From the NCBI RefSeq assembly GCF_947568905.1, contig NC_079167.1:55180001-55244000 (forward strand): a stretch of 64,000 bases of DNA. The letters are read 5' to 3'. Positions 37,425 through 49,723 of the stretch are shown here, in pieces (the stretch's first letter is position 1; the number at the start of each line of letters is the position of its first letter). The position numbers were made by a program, and so were the translations under genes. Source of the stretch: Ostrea edulis. Its lineage: Eukaryota. Under the pieces are notes generated by a model. The model was not told the origin of the DNA and did not search any database. It saw only the letters and a list, made by a program, of their open reading frames with translations.

Positions 37425-37455
37425 TTAAACAAGATACAATCAATCAATCAACCAA
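37180..37455 (+). mobile_element. SINE family B, full length
   Basis: Head gatcccgtggggatcc.., (caat)n tail, TSD tgtagtgt (37172-37179, 37456-37463). Confidence 0.92.
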
Positions 37456-38874
37456 TGTAGTGTCCAGTTAAGCTCTATGTTGAACAACGACCTTCATATT
37501 GCCGTAAGATCCTGCTGTGTTGATTAAAATACAACAATCTTGCTTTGTGCTGCGCATCAAAATCCTGTAAACATTGTATAGAACACATGTATACTGAAAT
37601 TCACGCTGGTGTGGTTGCTGTGTAATGAGCAGAAAAATGAAGAACATGCATTTGCAAGACACAGTTGATGAAAACGTTGTCTTCTCAGTATGACAGGAAA
37701 TCGAAAGTATGTTTTAATGAACCGAAAACAAAAGATAAACATTTGTTAATTCAATCAATATAATTGAATAAGTGTCCTTACATAATCCCCCTTCCCAACT
37801 TTCCTCACTATTGTGAGTATTGTCTATTCTGGTTTTTAAAAAAAAGAAAGAAATGATGTCTGTGTAAAAGGAATACATTGGAGATTAATCCCCATGGTCC
37901 AGAAATGTTATTGGAAACTAAAATTGCGAGACATTTTTCCAGCAATATCTTGAGACCGATGGGTTTAGTTTTTAACAGTTCCGATGATAATAAACTCTCA
38001 TAATGCACACATCTGTAACTCTCTATAAATACGCCATCTTGCTAAATGAAATATTTTGTAACTCACAACATGGCAAAATGAAACTAATATAAGCCAAATA
38101 CAATTGAAAATTGATGAACGTAAACGCCAGTGGAAATCCGTGGGTTAATACTTGTCCATCATGCCACACTTAATTTCCCTCGCTTTAATATCGATGCTTG
38201 ATGTTTCTGCCTCCAAGTTTAAATCTTGTCTTGTGGTCCAGCTTCACATGATGGTATTGTAATAAACAGGTCTTACTTAACAAATTTTCTTGTGTATTTG
38301 GGAAGGGGGGGGGGTGGCCTTTAGATACATCTATAGTTGCACAACAGAATGTGAAATTCCAATTTAAAGGGAAAACTGTACATTTACTGTATATAGTGGA
38401 AAGCTATAATGCTATTGTTGAATTGTCATGGTTTATTATTGTTCTTTGACTGCGTTGGTTCAGAGATTGGGTTTTTTATTGTTGTATATAAACATGAGGT
38501 CCAGCTGTATTTTATTTTCCACATGTTTTCTATGAATGAAATGCATCCTACAGTTCACAATCAATGACTATTAATTAGTACACTTACCTGTGTGAAATAT
38601 TCCATATATTGTTTGATCTATCCTCAGTTTAATTCATATATCCTACACATGTTTATCTTAGGTGCACACAGAGTTTTATAAGTACATAGAGGCTGCCATT
38701 GTATGATATCATCAACAGTGAAGTTGGCGCATTAATTCAAAGTTATACAAACTTACCTTATGGCTACTATATGTTGTTGTTTCATTTAGAATTCACATCG
38801 ATGATAAGATTTAGTCAATATGATTCAGTTTTTAATTGTTGTTATCATTACAGTCCCATTTTATTGTTACTTAA

Positions 38875-39577
38875 TTATACCCCCCGAACGAAGTTCAGGG
38901 GGTATATAAGAATCACTCTGTCTGTCCGCCTGTCCGTCCGTCTGTCTGTGCAGATTCGTGTCCGGGCCATAACTTCTTTGTTCTTTGACTTAGGCATACC
39001 ATATTTGGCATACAAGTGGATCACCATAAGACGATGTGTCGAGTACCTTCATGACTTCTATATGACCTTGACCCTTGAGCTCAAGGTCAAAATTAAAGTT
39101 TTTGTTTTTGTTTTTTTGTTGTTTTTTTTTTTACAATGGATTCGTGTCCGGGCCATAACTTCTCAGTTCTTTGACATAGGCATACCATATTTGACACATG
39201 AGTGTATCACCATAAGACGATGTGTCGGGTACCTTCATGACCTCTATATGACCTTGAACTTTGACCTCAAGGTCAACATTGATTATAGGGTTTTGACATA
39301 GTCATACCATAAGACATGGGTGTATCACCATGAGACTAAGTGTCATGTACATTCATGACCTCTTTATTTTGACCTTGAGATCAAAGCTCAAGGTCAAAAT
39401 TATAGGTTTATGCCATGGATTTGTGTTCGGACTATATCTTCCATTTTCTTCTACAAAGGCATACCATATTTTTTACACTCAGGAAAGAGGTAATTTATAC
39501 CTATTAACAACACCCTATGGGAGATTGGAGTAAGCGGGTGGTATTCTTAGTGAGCATTGCTCACAGTACCTCTTGTT
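38875..39577. mobile_element. HINE/Helentron-like non-autonomous element with internal tandem subrepeats
   Basis: Hairpin cccccgaacgaagttcaggggg, (tgtccg) microsatellite, duplicated ttcgtgtccgggccataact..gacct subunits, ends ctcttgtt. Confidence 0.65.
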
Positions 39578-40779
39578 TGGAACTATTTTGTGCATGCCCA
39601 AGGATAGATTTTCTTCCTTGTTGGTAGTGAAGTCACAAAATATAGTGCAGTGAATTCAGCATCTATTTGAATCAATTAACTAGGCAAGTTATTCAATTAT
39701 TTTTATTGAATCAATTAATATTACTTGTATATCATTTTTGTATCAAGATGAGTGTTTATTGCATGATCTATGATAAGTTTTTCCTGTCAGGAATTGTCAG
39801 GAAAATTGAGTAATTTGATTGGCTAATTCCTTGCTGATGAAACTATATAAGAGATGAAGAAGCTCATTTTAGTTAGATAGCTGTCTCAAGCACATCAGTG
39901 TCAGGACAAAATTTGAGAGAAACTTAGGTACAAAAATGAATTTCTTGACAAAAGATCATAATCATTATAAAGAAACTTTTCAATACTTTTTTCCTATTTA
40001 ATGTTGGGATAAATTATAATTACTTGACAACTGAAGAATCCTGACAAATAAATTCTGGACAAGTAAAATCCTGACAACTGTAGAATCCTGACAATTGAAA
40101 TCCTGACAACTGCATAATTCCGACATCTTACTTTCTTACAATTTAATTCCTATTCCCCTCTACTGTACAATGCTATTCTCATTCTTCTGAAACCTTGAGC
40201 TATCTCCCACCACTCATAAGACCCTGTGAAAGGTTATGATTATATACGGGTTGTGATTCCCAGGTGACATTGTTTAATGATGGACCAACGCAGTTTTGTG
40301 TATCTTTATGCATTGTTGATGTGAAGGAAATAAACATTTGATCTGTAAAGAAGTTGTGATTATACGTGATGACGATTACTAAAGGCCAGCCTGTTACAGT
40401 ATATATTGTTACATTTTTGCTAGTTTCCTCCAGGTCAGTTATCGAGTTCTTTCGATCACATTTCGTTTTCGTTGAATAAGTAATTGTTACATGTTCTAGC
40501 CTTCTGGAAGAGAACTTTTTTCATAAAGCGTGGTTGTGCTTTAAGTATATCAACTTTCTCTTTTTCTTGCACTGTATTCAACTTAAGACCAACCTGATCA
40601 ACAATTTCTGACAAACCCCAGCATATAGCATCAATTGTCTGCTCTATGCTTTCTTCCTGTTTTCTCTGTGGTTTCTACTTTTTGTAAAATTTCCTGCAGA
40701 ATATCATGCTTCTCTTTGAACTTTTTAAGTATCCCTATATATACTTTCCTTTTTTCCCCCTTCAAGTCTCCTTCATCTT

Positions 40780-41150
40780 TTTTTCGTCCATATTGAGATG
40801 TCACCAGCTGTTGATGAAGTGTCACAAATTATGACCTATTCATGATACTCAGCAATCTGACTAAAGTACAGACCTATATTTTATATATAATATAGGCCTG
40901 CACTTTAGTCAGATTGAATGCCCAGGGACTTGGCAGTGAGGGTTCTTTATCGTACCAAAGACCCCGATTCCTAAGATCTCCTCTGAAAGACCCATGACTC
41001 TTATTTCTAAATGCTTAGTAATATTGACGAAGGAGCAGTCACTGTCTAATTTTACGTCATAGTTCGGATTCAGCCAAGACACGAGTGGGACGTGAACCCA
41101 TGACCTCCCATTTACGAAGCGAATATTCTCGCCACTAAACCAACTCGACC
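40780..41150 (-). mobile_element. Degenerate SINE family A interrupted by a 64-bp palindrome
   Basis: gcagtgagggttctttatcgt core, tail and tRNA-like head on the minus strand. Confidence 0.6.
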
Positions 41151-43044
41151 AGTTTAAGAAAATACTGATTAACTAAACTTGTGTTTTGCATCACTTCTAA
41201 GCTCGCCTTACGTGTGTCACTTGCTATTCATACCTCCAGAAAGGTCTTTAATGACAATGTTGCAAGTGTATCTGTAGTATTTCACGGAATCTCATTATTA
41301 ATTAAAATCAGATCTTCTCTAATCGTTACACTGGAGAAGGATCTGATAACATTGCATTTGATGTCGTGTTATTGACCCCGGTCTTATGAATAATTCAATA
41401 TAATATTCGACCAATAACAATAGCTTGACAAAGAATCAAGGACCAATCAGGCATCGTTTTACAGAAGCGTATTCGGATTGTAGGCGTCGATCCATGAAAA
41501 GTTTAAACGAATTCCAAATATCAGCGTTAAAGGATCTTAGATACTGTACATCCATTATCGCTAAAATATATTTTCTGTGGCGTTCTAACATCGCTCATGA
41601 CCGGCGCCATGTTCTTCGATTCTTCTTTCGTGCTTCTCGGTTCCGATATAACGGCAAAATTTTCATGTTAGCGAAAGCCGTCATTTGATTGGTCAAGTGT
41701 GAAAGGTGAAATAACATGACCTCAAAAGCAACGCTGTCAGATTCTTCTCCAGTGTAACAGTAATAAAGAAGATCTGATTTTGATTAGATTGCGGAATCTC
41801 ATTATCAATTTCTTGTTCAACTTCTATTTCAGTAACTTATCTTCAAAAATGATCATTTTCAGTCTGTAGAGCATTAACGTTTTCTTCTAGACGTTTTACT
41901 CTCTGGACCTAGCTGCACAAAGGTTAGTTAACATTTGACAATTAATTTGTCTTTAACTCTTACATTTATATAGCGTAAACTAGACATTAACTGTTACTTA
42001 ACTAACTTTTGAGCAACTGGGTCCTGGTCCCGATTAATTTGACTTTGAGAGTTTCCCCTCTGTAATGCCGGGATCCATCTCACCGTCGCTTTCTCTTCAG
42101 TTTTCTCTTGACCTTCCCTTTCTATGTTACTAGTGCCTTCTTTGAATTTTCCAGTATCTGACGTCTTTCCCAATTCTTTGAAGATAACAATGCTAGATTT
42201 TTCAGCTGTTAGTTCTTGTGCAAAATCACTGATAAACAGGCAGAAGGTACATGTAGACATTGAGGGCTTTAACAAAACTGGTGATGATCTTAATCTGACT
42301 TTTCAGTAGGTGGGAATTCAAATTCTCTGTTCGAAAACCCTTTTATGTAATACCCGTTTAATGTTGATCACAGAAACGTGTTGCTCTGACCCCAACAGAA
42401 AGACAGACATTACTTGTGTGAATTTCCATTTATTGTGATGACAATGTAAAAAGGGGAGATCATCCAGAATGATTTACATTGGTACTACTTAAAATTGCGT
42501 AGTGATCTCCCCTGATATAAAACAAATGAATGTAGAAATAAAAATGACACTAAAAGGGGAGATCATCCAGAAATATATCATACATTGTTGTTAAGATACT
42601 TCTGGTATTCTCTTGGTTTACCCTTCATTAATACTTTATCTTGATGGTAACAAGAATTTGGGTAGACGAATCTATTTTATTGTCGTTTTCATGATACATG
42701 TCGGTGTATATTCATTTTTAAAGTACAGGTCAAATAAAAATACACGTATTTCTCTAGAAAGTATTGTTACTCATTTCTTGCCCTCTAATGTAGATTTAGA
42801 TAGCTTCGTTATACAGGGAAATAAGAATAATTTTCACCAAAAAAATTATTAATATAATTATGAATTAATAAGATATATAAGAAGAGAGATGCGACGAAGC
42901 CAGCAAAAGAAAGAGGACAAAATATGGAAAACTAGTCCAAGGTTCGATTCTCGATCCCAACATGTTGTCAAACCTAAAGCATTCAATATTGGTTGTGAAT
43001 GCGCCCGAAATTAGACGTGAAAGTCACAGGTCTTTCGGATTGAT

Positions 43045-43300
43045 TGATAGTTTGATGTTTTACGTCCCGTCCATAATTTTTCACTCATATTGAGACGGCA
43101 CCAGCTGTAGGTGAAATATCACAAATTTGGACCTATGCTTAGCGCTCAGGGCCTCTAGGGTTCCTTAGCGTGCTAACGCCTTCGCGACACGGGAACACTG
43201 TTTTTAAGGTCATATCCGAAAGACCCGTGATTCTCACTTCCAAATGCCGAGCGTATGGCGAAGGAGCAATCACTACCTATTTTAACGTCTTAGGTTTGAA
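43045..43300 (-). mobile_element. SINE family A (5'-truncated)
   Basis: Core aaggtcatatccgaaagacccgtgattctcacttc and tail. Confidence 0.75.
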
Positions 43301-43308
43301 TGACGTTG

Positions 43309-44010
43309 GAAAGGTGAAGATGTCGAAGATTGATCAATCGCGTAACTCCTTAGACGAATTTGACTCCACTTTCTTTGGCACACTGTTTTTGGCTATAATA
43401 GCTCTAAAACTTCATTGTTATTTCGGATTTCAAACATTTCGGTTGAGCATCACTGAAGAGACATTATTTGTCGAAATGCGCATCTGGTGCATCAAAATTG
43501 GTACCGTATAAGTTTTACATAAGGAATACTGAATTTAGAGTAGGACAAACACGGACCCCTGGATATACTAGAGGTGGAATAAGGTGCCTAAAAGAAGTAA
43601 TCATCCCATGTCGACCAGTCACTCGCCGTGAGCCTTATTTCTGGATCAGGTAAACGGAGAAATTCGTAGTCAAAATCAATGTGTAAAGACAACCTCACAA
43701 TTGGTAAAAACGCGTCATACAGCATTTGTCCCAATGGCAGGTTGTATTGGTAATCGTCGTTATTTGCGAAATGCTTGTACTTTATACGAGAATGTTAAAA
43801 TCCTTGTACCATCAACTTGTTTGTTAGTAGTCTGCCTCAATTTAAAAACTAATCATACGCAGAACAAGCTATTGCGTATCGACTCAGTTGAGAGACATAA
43901 ACAACATATGCAGGTAATAATGGAATATTGCTACATAAATATGGGAAGCCGACGATAGAGAAGTCGAAGTCATGACGTTGATTTTTTAATTTGCCGTTAA
44001 CAACTATGTT
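43309..44010 (-). mobile_element. Naiad-type PLE 3' fragment carrying a 168-bp insertion (43351-43518)
   Basis: RHDFDFSIVGFPYLCSNIPLLPAYVVYVSQLSRYAIACSAYD plus 3' UTR. Confidence 0.78.
43443..43495 (+). ncRNA. Minimal type I hammerhead ribozyme (Penelope-like element type)
   Basis: CUGAAGA 43453-43459; stem II GAC/GUC with 7-nt loop; GAAA 43473-43476; palindromic UGCGCA; U-C cleavage site at 43483-43484; stem I gcauca/uggugc plus uuga/ucaa. Confidence 0.8.
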
Positions 44011-44011
44011 C

Positions 44012-45507
44012 AACAAGAAATGTTTGTATAATATATATGCCCCCATGGTGCATAGTTGAAAAGGTTATACACATGCATCATTTAAGTCATAGTAGTGCCA
44101 AATCAATTAAATATACAGTATAGAGCAGACAATATCTTCCTATGTCCAGAGTGGATTGATTGATGTTTTCCGCCACACTCAACAATTTTTCAGTTATCTG
44201 GTGGCGCCCAGTTTTTATTGGTGGAAGAGAGAACCCAGATACAATGTACATGGTCTCCACCGACCTTCCGAAAGTAAACTGGGAAACTTTCTCACTTATC
44301 GGCACGAGCGGGATTCGAACCCGCGCCGACAGAGATGAGAGGCCGTGTGATTTTGAGCGCGATGTTCTAACCACTCGGCCACGGAGGCCCCCAGAGTGGA
44401 TTGACCATGGGACCTAAAATCAATAGGAGTCATCTATCCCCTATGATGTACCAGTTAGTTTGATATCAATCAAACAACTGATGCTTAAAATATAGGAGAT
44501 GATATATTACCATGTTCAGTTTGACCCTTGACCATATGAACCCAATTTTATAGGGGTCATATACTCGTAAAAGATGTAACAGTGTACCAAGTTTGATGTC
44601 TGCCAAGCAAAGGGTTCTCAAGATATGGAATGTGCAGTATATGCCTTTGTCTAGTTTGATCCTTGACCTTTGTCCTCGAATAGGGGTCATCTACTCCTTA
44701 CAATGTACCAAATTTTATGCCTATTAAGCAAAGGGTTCTCAAGATATTGAGTGAACAGTGTTTATCTATGTCCAGTATGACCCTTGACCATGTGACCTCA
44801 AAATCAGTAGGGGCCATATACTCTTTAGAATGCACCCGTGTACCAAGTTTGATATCTGTCAAGCAAAGGGTCATCAAAATATTGAGCAGTGTTTTCCAAT
44901 GTCCAGTATGACCTTTGACCACGTGACCTAAAATCAATAGGGATCGTTTACTTCTTAAGATGTACCAGTGCACCAAGTTTGATGTCTGTCAAGCAAAGGT
45001 TTCTCAAGATATTGAGCGGATAGTATCTTCCTATGTCAAGTATGACCCTTGATCATGTGACTTCAAAATCAATAGGAGACATCTTCTCCTTAAGATGTAC
45101 CAGTGTACCAAGCTTGGTGTCTGTCAAGCAAAGGGTTCTAAAGATAATGAGCGGACAGTATATTCCTTTGTCCAGTATGACCCTTGACCATGTGATATCA
45201 AAATCAAAAGGGGTAATCTACTCCTCACAATTTACCAGTGTACCAAGTTTAATATCTGTCAAGAAAAGGGTTCTCAAGATATTGAGCAGACAGTATCTTC
45301 TCATGTCCAGAGTGGATTGACCCTTGACCTTTTAACGTGAAAATCAATAGGGGTCCTTTTGTACTCATAACCAACCCACATATTAAATATCAATATGATC
45401 AAAGGAATGGTTCTCAAGATATTGAGCGGACAACATGTGGTCTACCAATATACCGACCGACCGACAGATGTATAACAATATGCCCCTCTTCTTTGAAGGG
45501 GGCATAA
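44012..45507. mobile_element. HINE/Helentron-like element with central array of about 147-bp tandem repeats
   Basis: Starts aacaagaaatgtttgt..atgccccc; repeat units gaccttgacc..aaaatcaatagg..ccaagtttgat..caagcaaagggttctcaagat; (ccga)n; terminal hairpin gcccctcttctttgaagggggc. Confidence 0.75.
44160..44390 (-). mobile_element. tRNA-derived SINE family C, full length
   Basis: A box TGGCCGAGTGG, B box GGTTCGAATCC, 14-bp TSD ccagagtggattga (44146-44159, 44391-44404). Confidence 0.93.
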
Positions 45508-47656
45508 TGAAATATCTAAGTATGAAGCAAATGTGGAAGACTCTATATTGTCTTTTTTTTTCGAATTCACTGGGATATATCGAATCAACATATTAAAGAA
45601 AACTATTATTGGTAACAGATAAACCGTTGTCGGTATGTCTAAAGGCCACAGAAAGAGATATTATCTTCTCATGTAGAAACTTTTGAATTAATTCTGCCTC
45701 GTAAGAATATAAAAACATGCTATATAATTAAGGAGTACAATTCGTGCTCATGAGAATTCCAACAGACTGTTGGGAGAACTGATCACCAAAGATGTCAAAG
45801 ATATTGTCAATGAGGAACTCCAGCATAATTTTCATATCAGCTGCAGAATACTTTTGCGTAGAATCAGAGTGTTATTTAAGATTTTTGTTGTTGAAATTAC
45901 TGATCACAGTAAATGAATATTTCCTTTTTTTCCATTTTAATTGAAGAAGCAACTGTCTATAATTTCAGAAAATCTAGTCTTTAATTTATCGTGAGAAATA
46001 CATGTAGTCCTGCAAAATATTGAAAAGTTTTGTGATTTCAATTTACTAAAAGCTTTTTAGAACTTTTTAGAGATGTGACCTTAAAAACGGAGGTTAGAGC
46101 GAAACATTTACTCATTCCTTCAAGAAAACAGTACCGTTATGTGTTTTGTATGCAAATAAACATTTTACCCAACTCTGACAATTCTTCAATCGTGATTAAA
46201 GAGTATATTTGTGCTGTATATAGCGACTTTCTAGACATTTTAGCACAGTACAACATGAATAAGTGATCATGTCTATATCACATCTTATCATTTACATCAA
46301 CAAACAAATCTATCATATTAAAATCTAAACTTTACGCATTTAACATGATGCAGACTCACACAAGCCTGTTTGCGAACCCTGTGCTATGTATTACGCAGGT
46401 GAGCGTGAAGTCCCAGCATGATATTTCTGCAATTCTTTGGCATGTTTAATCTTACTGTGATGTGTAGCATACAGATGTACCCATTACTCAACGTGAATCA
46501 GCACTTGTTTTAGCAATCATTGTCCAATATTGCTGCAATATTTAGCACAAAGTCAATAAAAGCTCTTTTGTCACCATGAATGTAAAGAGTCTCGTATGAA
46601 TTCATGAAAAACCTCAGTCGTATCGACAGATGAATATCATTTTTTTGTCGTTACATGAATTATTAATAAAGAAATATTAATTACAAATAATATACTGAAT
46701 AGTAATAAAACTCGAATTATTGATGGATGCTTTTCCATTAAAAAAAATGCGTAATTCAGTTACATACACGTGTTTGATAAAACATAGTCACTGTATATCA
46801 AGGGAAATTATGATCATTAAAAAACTTTTCAAATACGTAAATTTTTACTGTAGTATTCAACACTTCTGCTAACTGCATCTGTGATAAATGTTGTATCAAG
46901 AGAAATCATCATAGGGTCTGCATTTGCCAAGAAACAAAGCTATGTGACATAAGTATCAGACACCGCCGAGAGGGGCGAGTACCGCTAAATTCCCTCTTCC
47001 ATCATCGGTTCTGACAGTTACATTCGATCAAGCATGGTGTCCAAAGAAATATAAAATTCTTAGTCGAGGGCGTGTTTCGGTTGTCGTTTGCAATTCCATG
47101 GATTTAGACGACAACATATGACGTTTGTGTTGACGTGTTAGATCTTTGTTATACGTAATAAAGCGCATTAGCAGATAATTTGTGACTATACATATGACTT
47201 TCCGATTATCGCAGCAGAATTCCTGCTTGCAGCAATTAACCTGATGCCCATTCCATGTCGCTGTAGAAATGTCAGTGCACCCTGTCTAAGCAGTAAAAAC
47301 AACCCAGTTAAACCTTATTGAATTAGCTTGATCTAGTATCAGGAAAAGATCAACATCTGGTGGTTCAGAATATTAAGAAAACATTAAAAGTGCAGGCTGA
47401 TTTTTCAACAGCCTCATCTGATACAAAGGTCCTGCAAGATATGAAGATATATCTTTTAATTTATACCATGTTCAAAATGACTTTCAACTTGCAATAAAAA
47501 TGCTAGACGTCTTTGGATTTTACAACGTCTGCGAGTGATTTTCAAGATTTGGGACAGTTCTCAGAAGTCAAGCATACACGCTTGCGCGGTGGTTATTAGC
47601 TGTTTAGTCTATATCATTGTTTGCGCGTTCTTTTTCACTCCTTGGTCATTACTTAA

Positions 47657-47663
47657 TATAAAT
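47657..47663 (+). promoter_or_regulatory. Possible TATA box of lipase B
   Basis: TATAAAT about 90 bp upstream of the ATG; may be chance in AT-rich DNA. Confidence 0.25.
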
Positions 47664-47749
47664 ACACACAGGAGGCTTGTAAACTTCAAACTAAAACCAC
47701 TTCCGTCTTATTGTCCGGAAATCCAGTGAACTATTCAACACTCCTCAAC

Positions 47750-47816
47750 ATGGCCGTCAGTTTTAGTATTGGAATTTCAATTGTGATATTTTTGTGTAAT
47801 CTACTACAAGCCAGTG
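47750..47816 (+). CDS. Lipase B exon 1 (signal peptide)
   Basis: MAVSFSIGISIVIFLCNLLQAS-G|gtaagt. Confidence 0.9.
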
Positions 47817-47937
47817 GTAAGTATACAATAGATATACTGTTCAATTTTCATTAGTGTCCGAAAGAAATACATGTACGTATAAGATTAACTATGGTACATG
47901 TATGGTGTGATAAAAAAAAATGGAATTTCATTTTCAG

Positions 47938-48251
47938 ATGCATGGGGACTTTTGACATTGTTCAAATCTGCTAGGCCAAATGAAATTTGTTATAAGAAAT
48001 ATGGCTGTTTTAGCACAGATGAACCGTTTACTAACACGAAGGGAATTTTACCCCAAACCCCACAGTCACTGGGAGTACGATTTCTGTTATACACCCGAAA
48101 AAATCCGAGGAAGTCCAAAAGACTGAAGCGATGCGGGAAGAAAGAAGAGTACTTGGAAATTCCAAAGCCTACCAAAGTCATAATCCACGGTTACGTCGAT
48201 AGGGGGCGCAAAGACTGGGTAAAGAGAATGACAAGGGAAATGATTAAGAAT
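47938..48251 (+). CDS. Lipase B exon 2
   Basis: tttcag/gtaagt, 314 bp; ICYKKYGCFSTDEPF..LPQTP..FLLYTR..VIIHGY..WV..MIKN. Confidence 0.94.
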
Positions 48252-49666
48252 GTAAGTAAAAGTACCTACATAAATGTCAATGAACTTTTTACACTATTCT
48301 TTTAATCGCTATTAATTCTCACAAGCTTTCACATAAAAACTTGAATTCCTATTTCGGAAATGAATTTTGCCAGTCTTAAAAGATTTTAAGCGATCTGAAT
48401 ATTTTACACTATTATTTCAATCGCTGTTAATCTATGATATTATCAGTGTAAAAATTCCCCACAGGCTATCACATATAAAAATTGAATTCCTATTACTGAA
48501 ATGGTTTATGCCAGTCTTCGAAGATTTAAGCGATCTGAATATTTTAGAATCGAACTAAGTGTACCGATTATTTTTTTTGTTCATTGCCTTGTAGTGAAAC
48601 CAAATCAACGGGTTATTTTATACCTAGCTCAATTCTAAAACATTCAGCAAGACAAAACGAAGAAATTAAGAACTTCGTTCATTTATATATATCTTAGACA
48701 GAAGATAAACTTGTTCTACCAACAGCAGGAATTATTTTTATATATGTATATTTTACTAACTTTTACGTAAAGAAGGGTTTTCAACTACATTTCCATCCTA
48801 GACATTTAATATTGTTGTATCATATAACATCACAGCTCAGTACAAAACGGCTAAGTGATTTCATATTTCACACATTCATTAGTAAAGCAACACAGCGTAT
48901 TTCATATATCAGCAGTACACGCGCGTGCACGTACCGTTACGTCATCCTGAAACGTTCAAGCCCTAAAAGCAAACTCCCCGTCGAGGCCTCATTACGTCAC
49001 CTACGAATAGACCTCTCCTATGTGACGCACCACAATATACAGATTTGTATATTGTGAGTCCGCGATTATCACGCAGACAAATTACACTAAAGAAGTAGTT
49101 CACAGTTAAAAGTTTGAAGATATTAATATTAAGAGCATTAATATAAAAGTATGGATTTTATTTTAAACATAAAATGATCAAAAGATCATTATAAAGTAGG
49201 GAGACTCTGTTCAATTTATTGTGTAAAGTAATGAACTTGATGTTTACGTTCTTGTTTTGAAAGTTGTTTACGTTTGGCGTTATGTTTTTTCGTCATTCTA
49301 CAGTGACGTCACAGTTAACGCGGCCTAAGAAATCGCTATCCCATAATGCCTAAGTGGAAGAGTTTGGTTTGTGAGCAAACGAACTCTGGTGGAAGTTTGG
49401 CCCTAAAAGGTGCAAGAGATTGTTCAACTAGCAACCTCTATCATCACGTGGGAGAAACTACTTAATTTGGGTAGCACGTAACTTTTTAATACGTACAATT
49501 TTTTTTTAGCATTATAAATTGTAAAGAAGACAATAGAGCAGTTTCTTAAATGCTCGCAACGAATTTTGTTACATACTTTAAGTATATTATATATATATAA
49601 AGTGCTAAAGCTTTACGGAGGATTTCTGTGTTTTCTTTTCATATTTTTTAAATATATATATATATG

Positions 49667-49678
<12 letters not shown>

Positions 49679-49721
<43 letters not shown>
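49679..49721. repeat. (TG)n microsatellite preceded by (TA)n
   Basis: Direct reading. Confidence 0.97.

Positions 49722-49723
<2 letters not shown>

Noticed and set aside
38699-39301. 200-aa ORF, the longest in the track
   Set aside because: Lies within a HINE-like repeat; it translates a microsatellite and duplicated subrepeats.
40400-42400. Minus-strand K/E-rich coiled-coil-like fragments (possible LINE ORF1 remnant)
   Set aside because: Multiple stops and no diagnostic motif; cannot be assigned by eye.
44160-44390. tRNA gene at SINE heads (also 36250, 1409, 58380)
   Set aside because: A/B boxes run directly into a SINE body with tail and TSD; no independent complete cloverleaf is supported.
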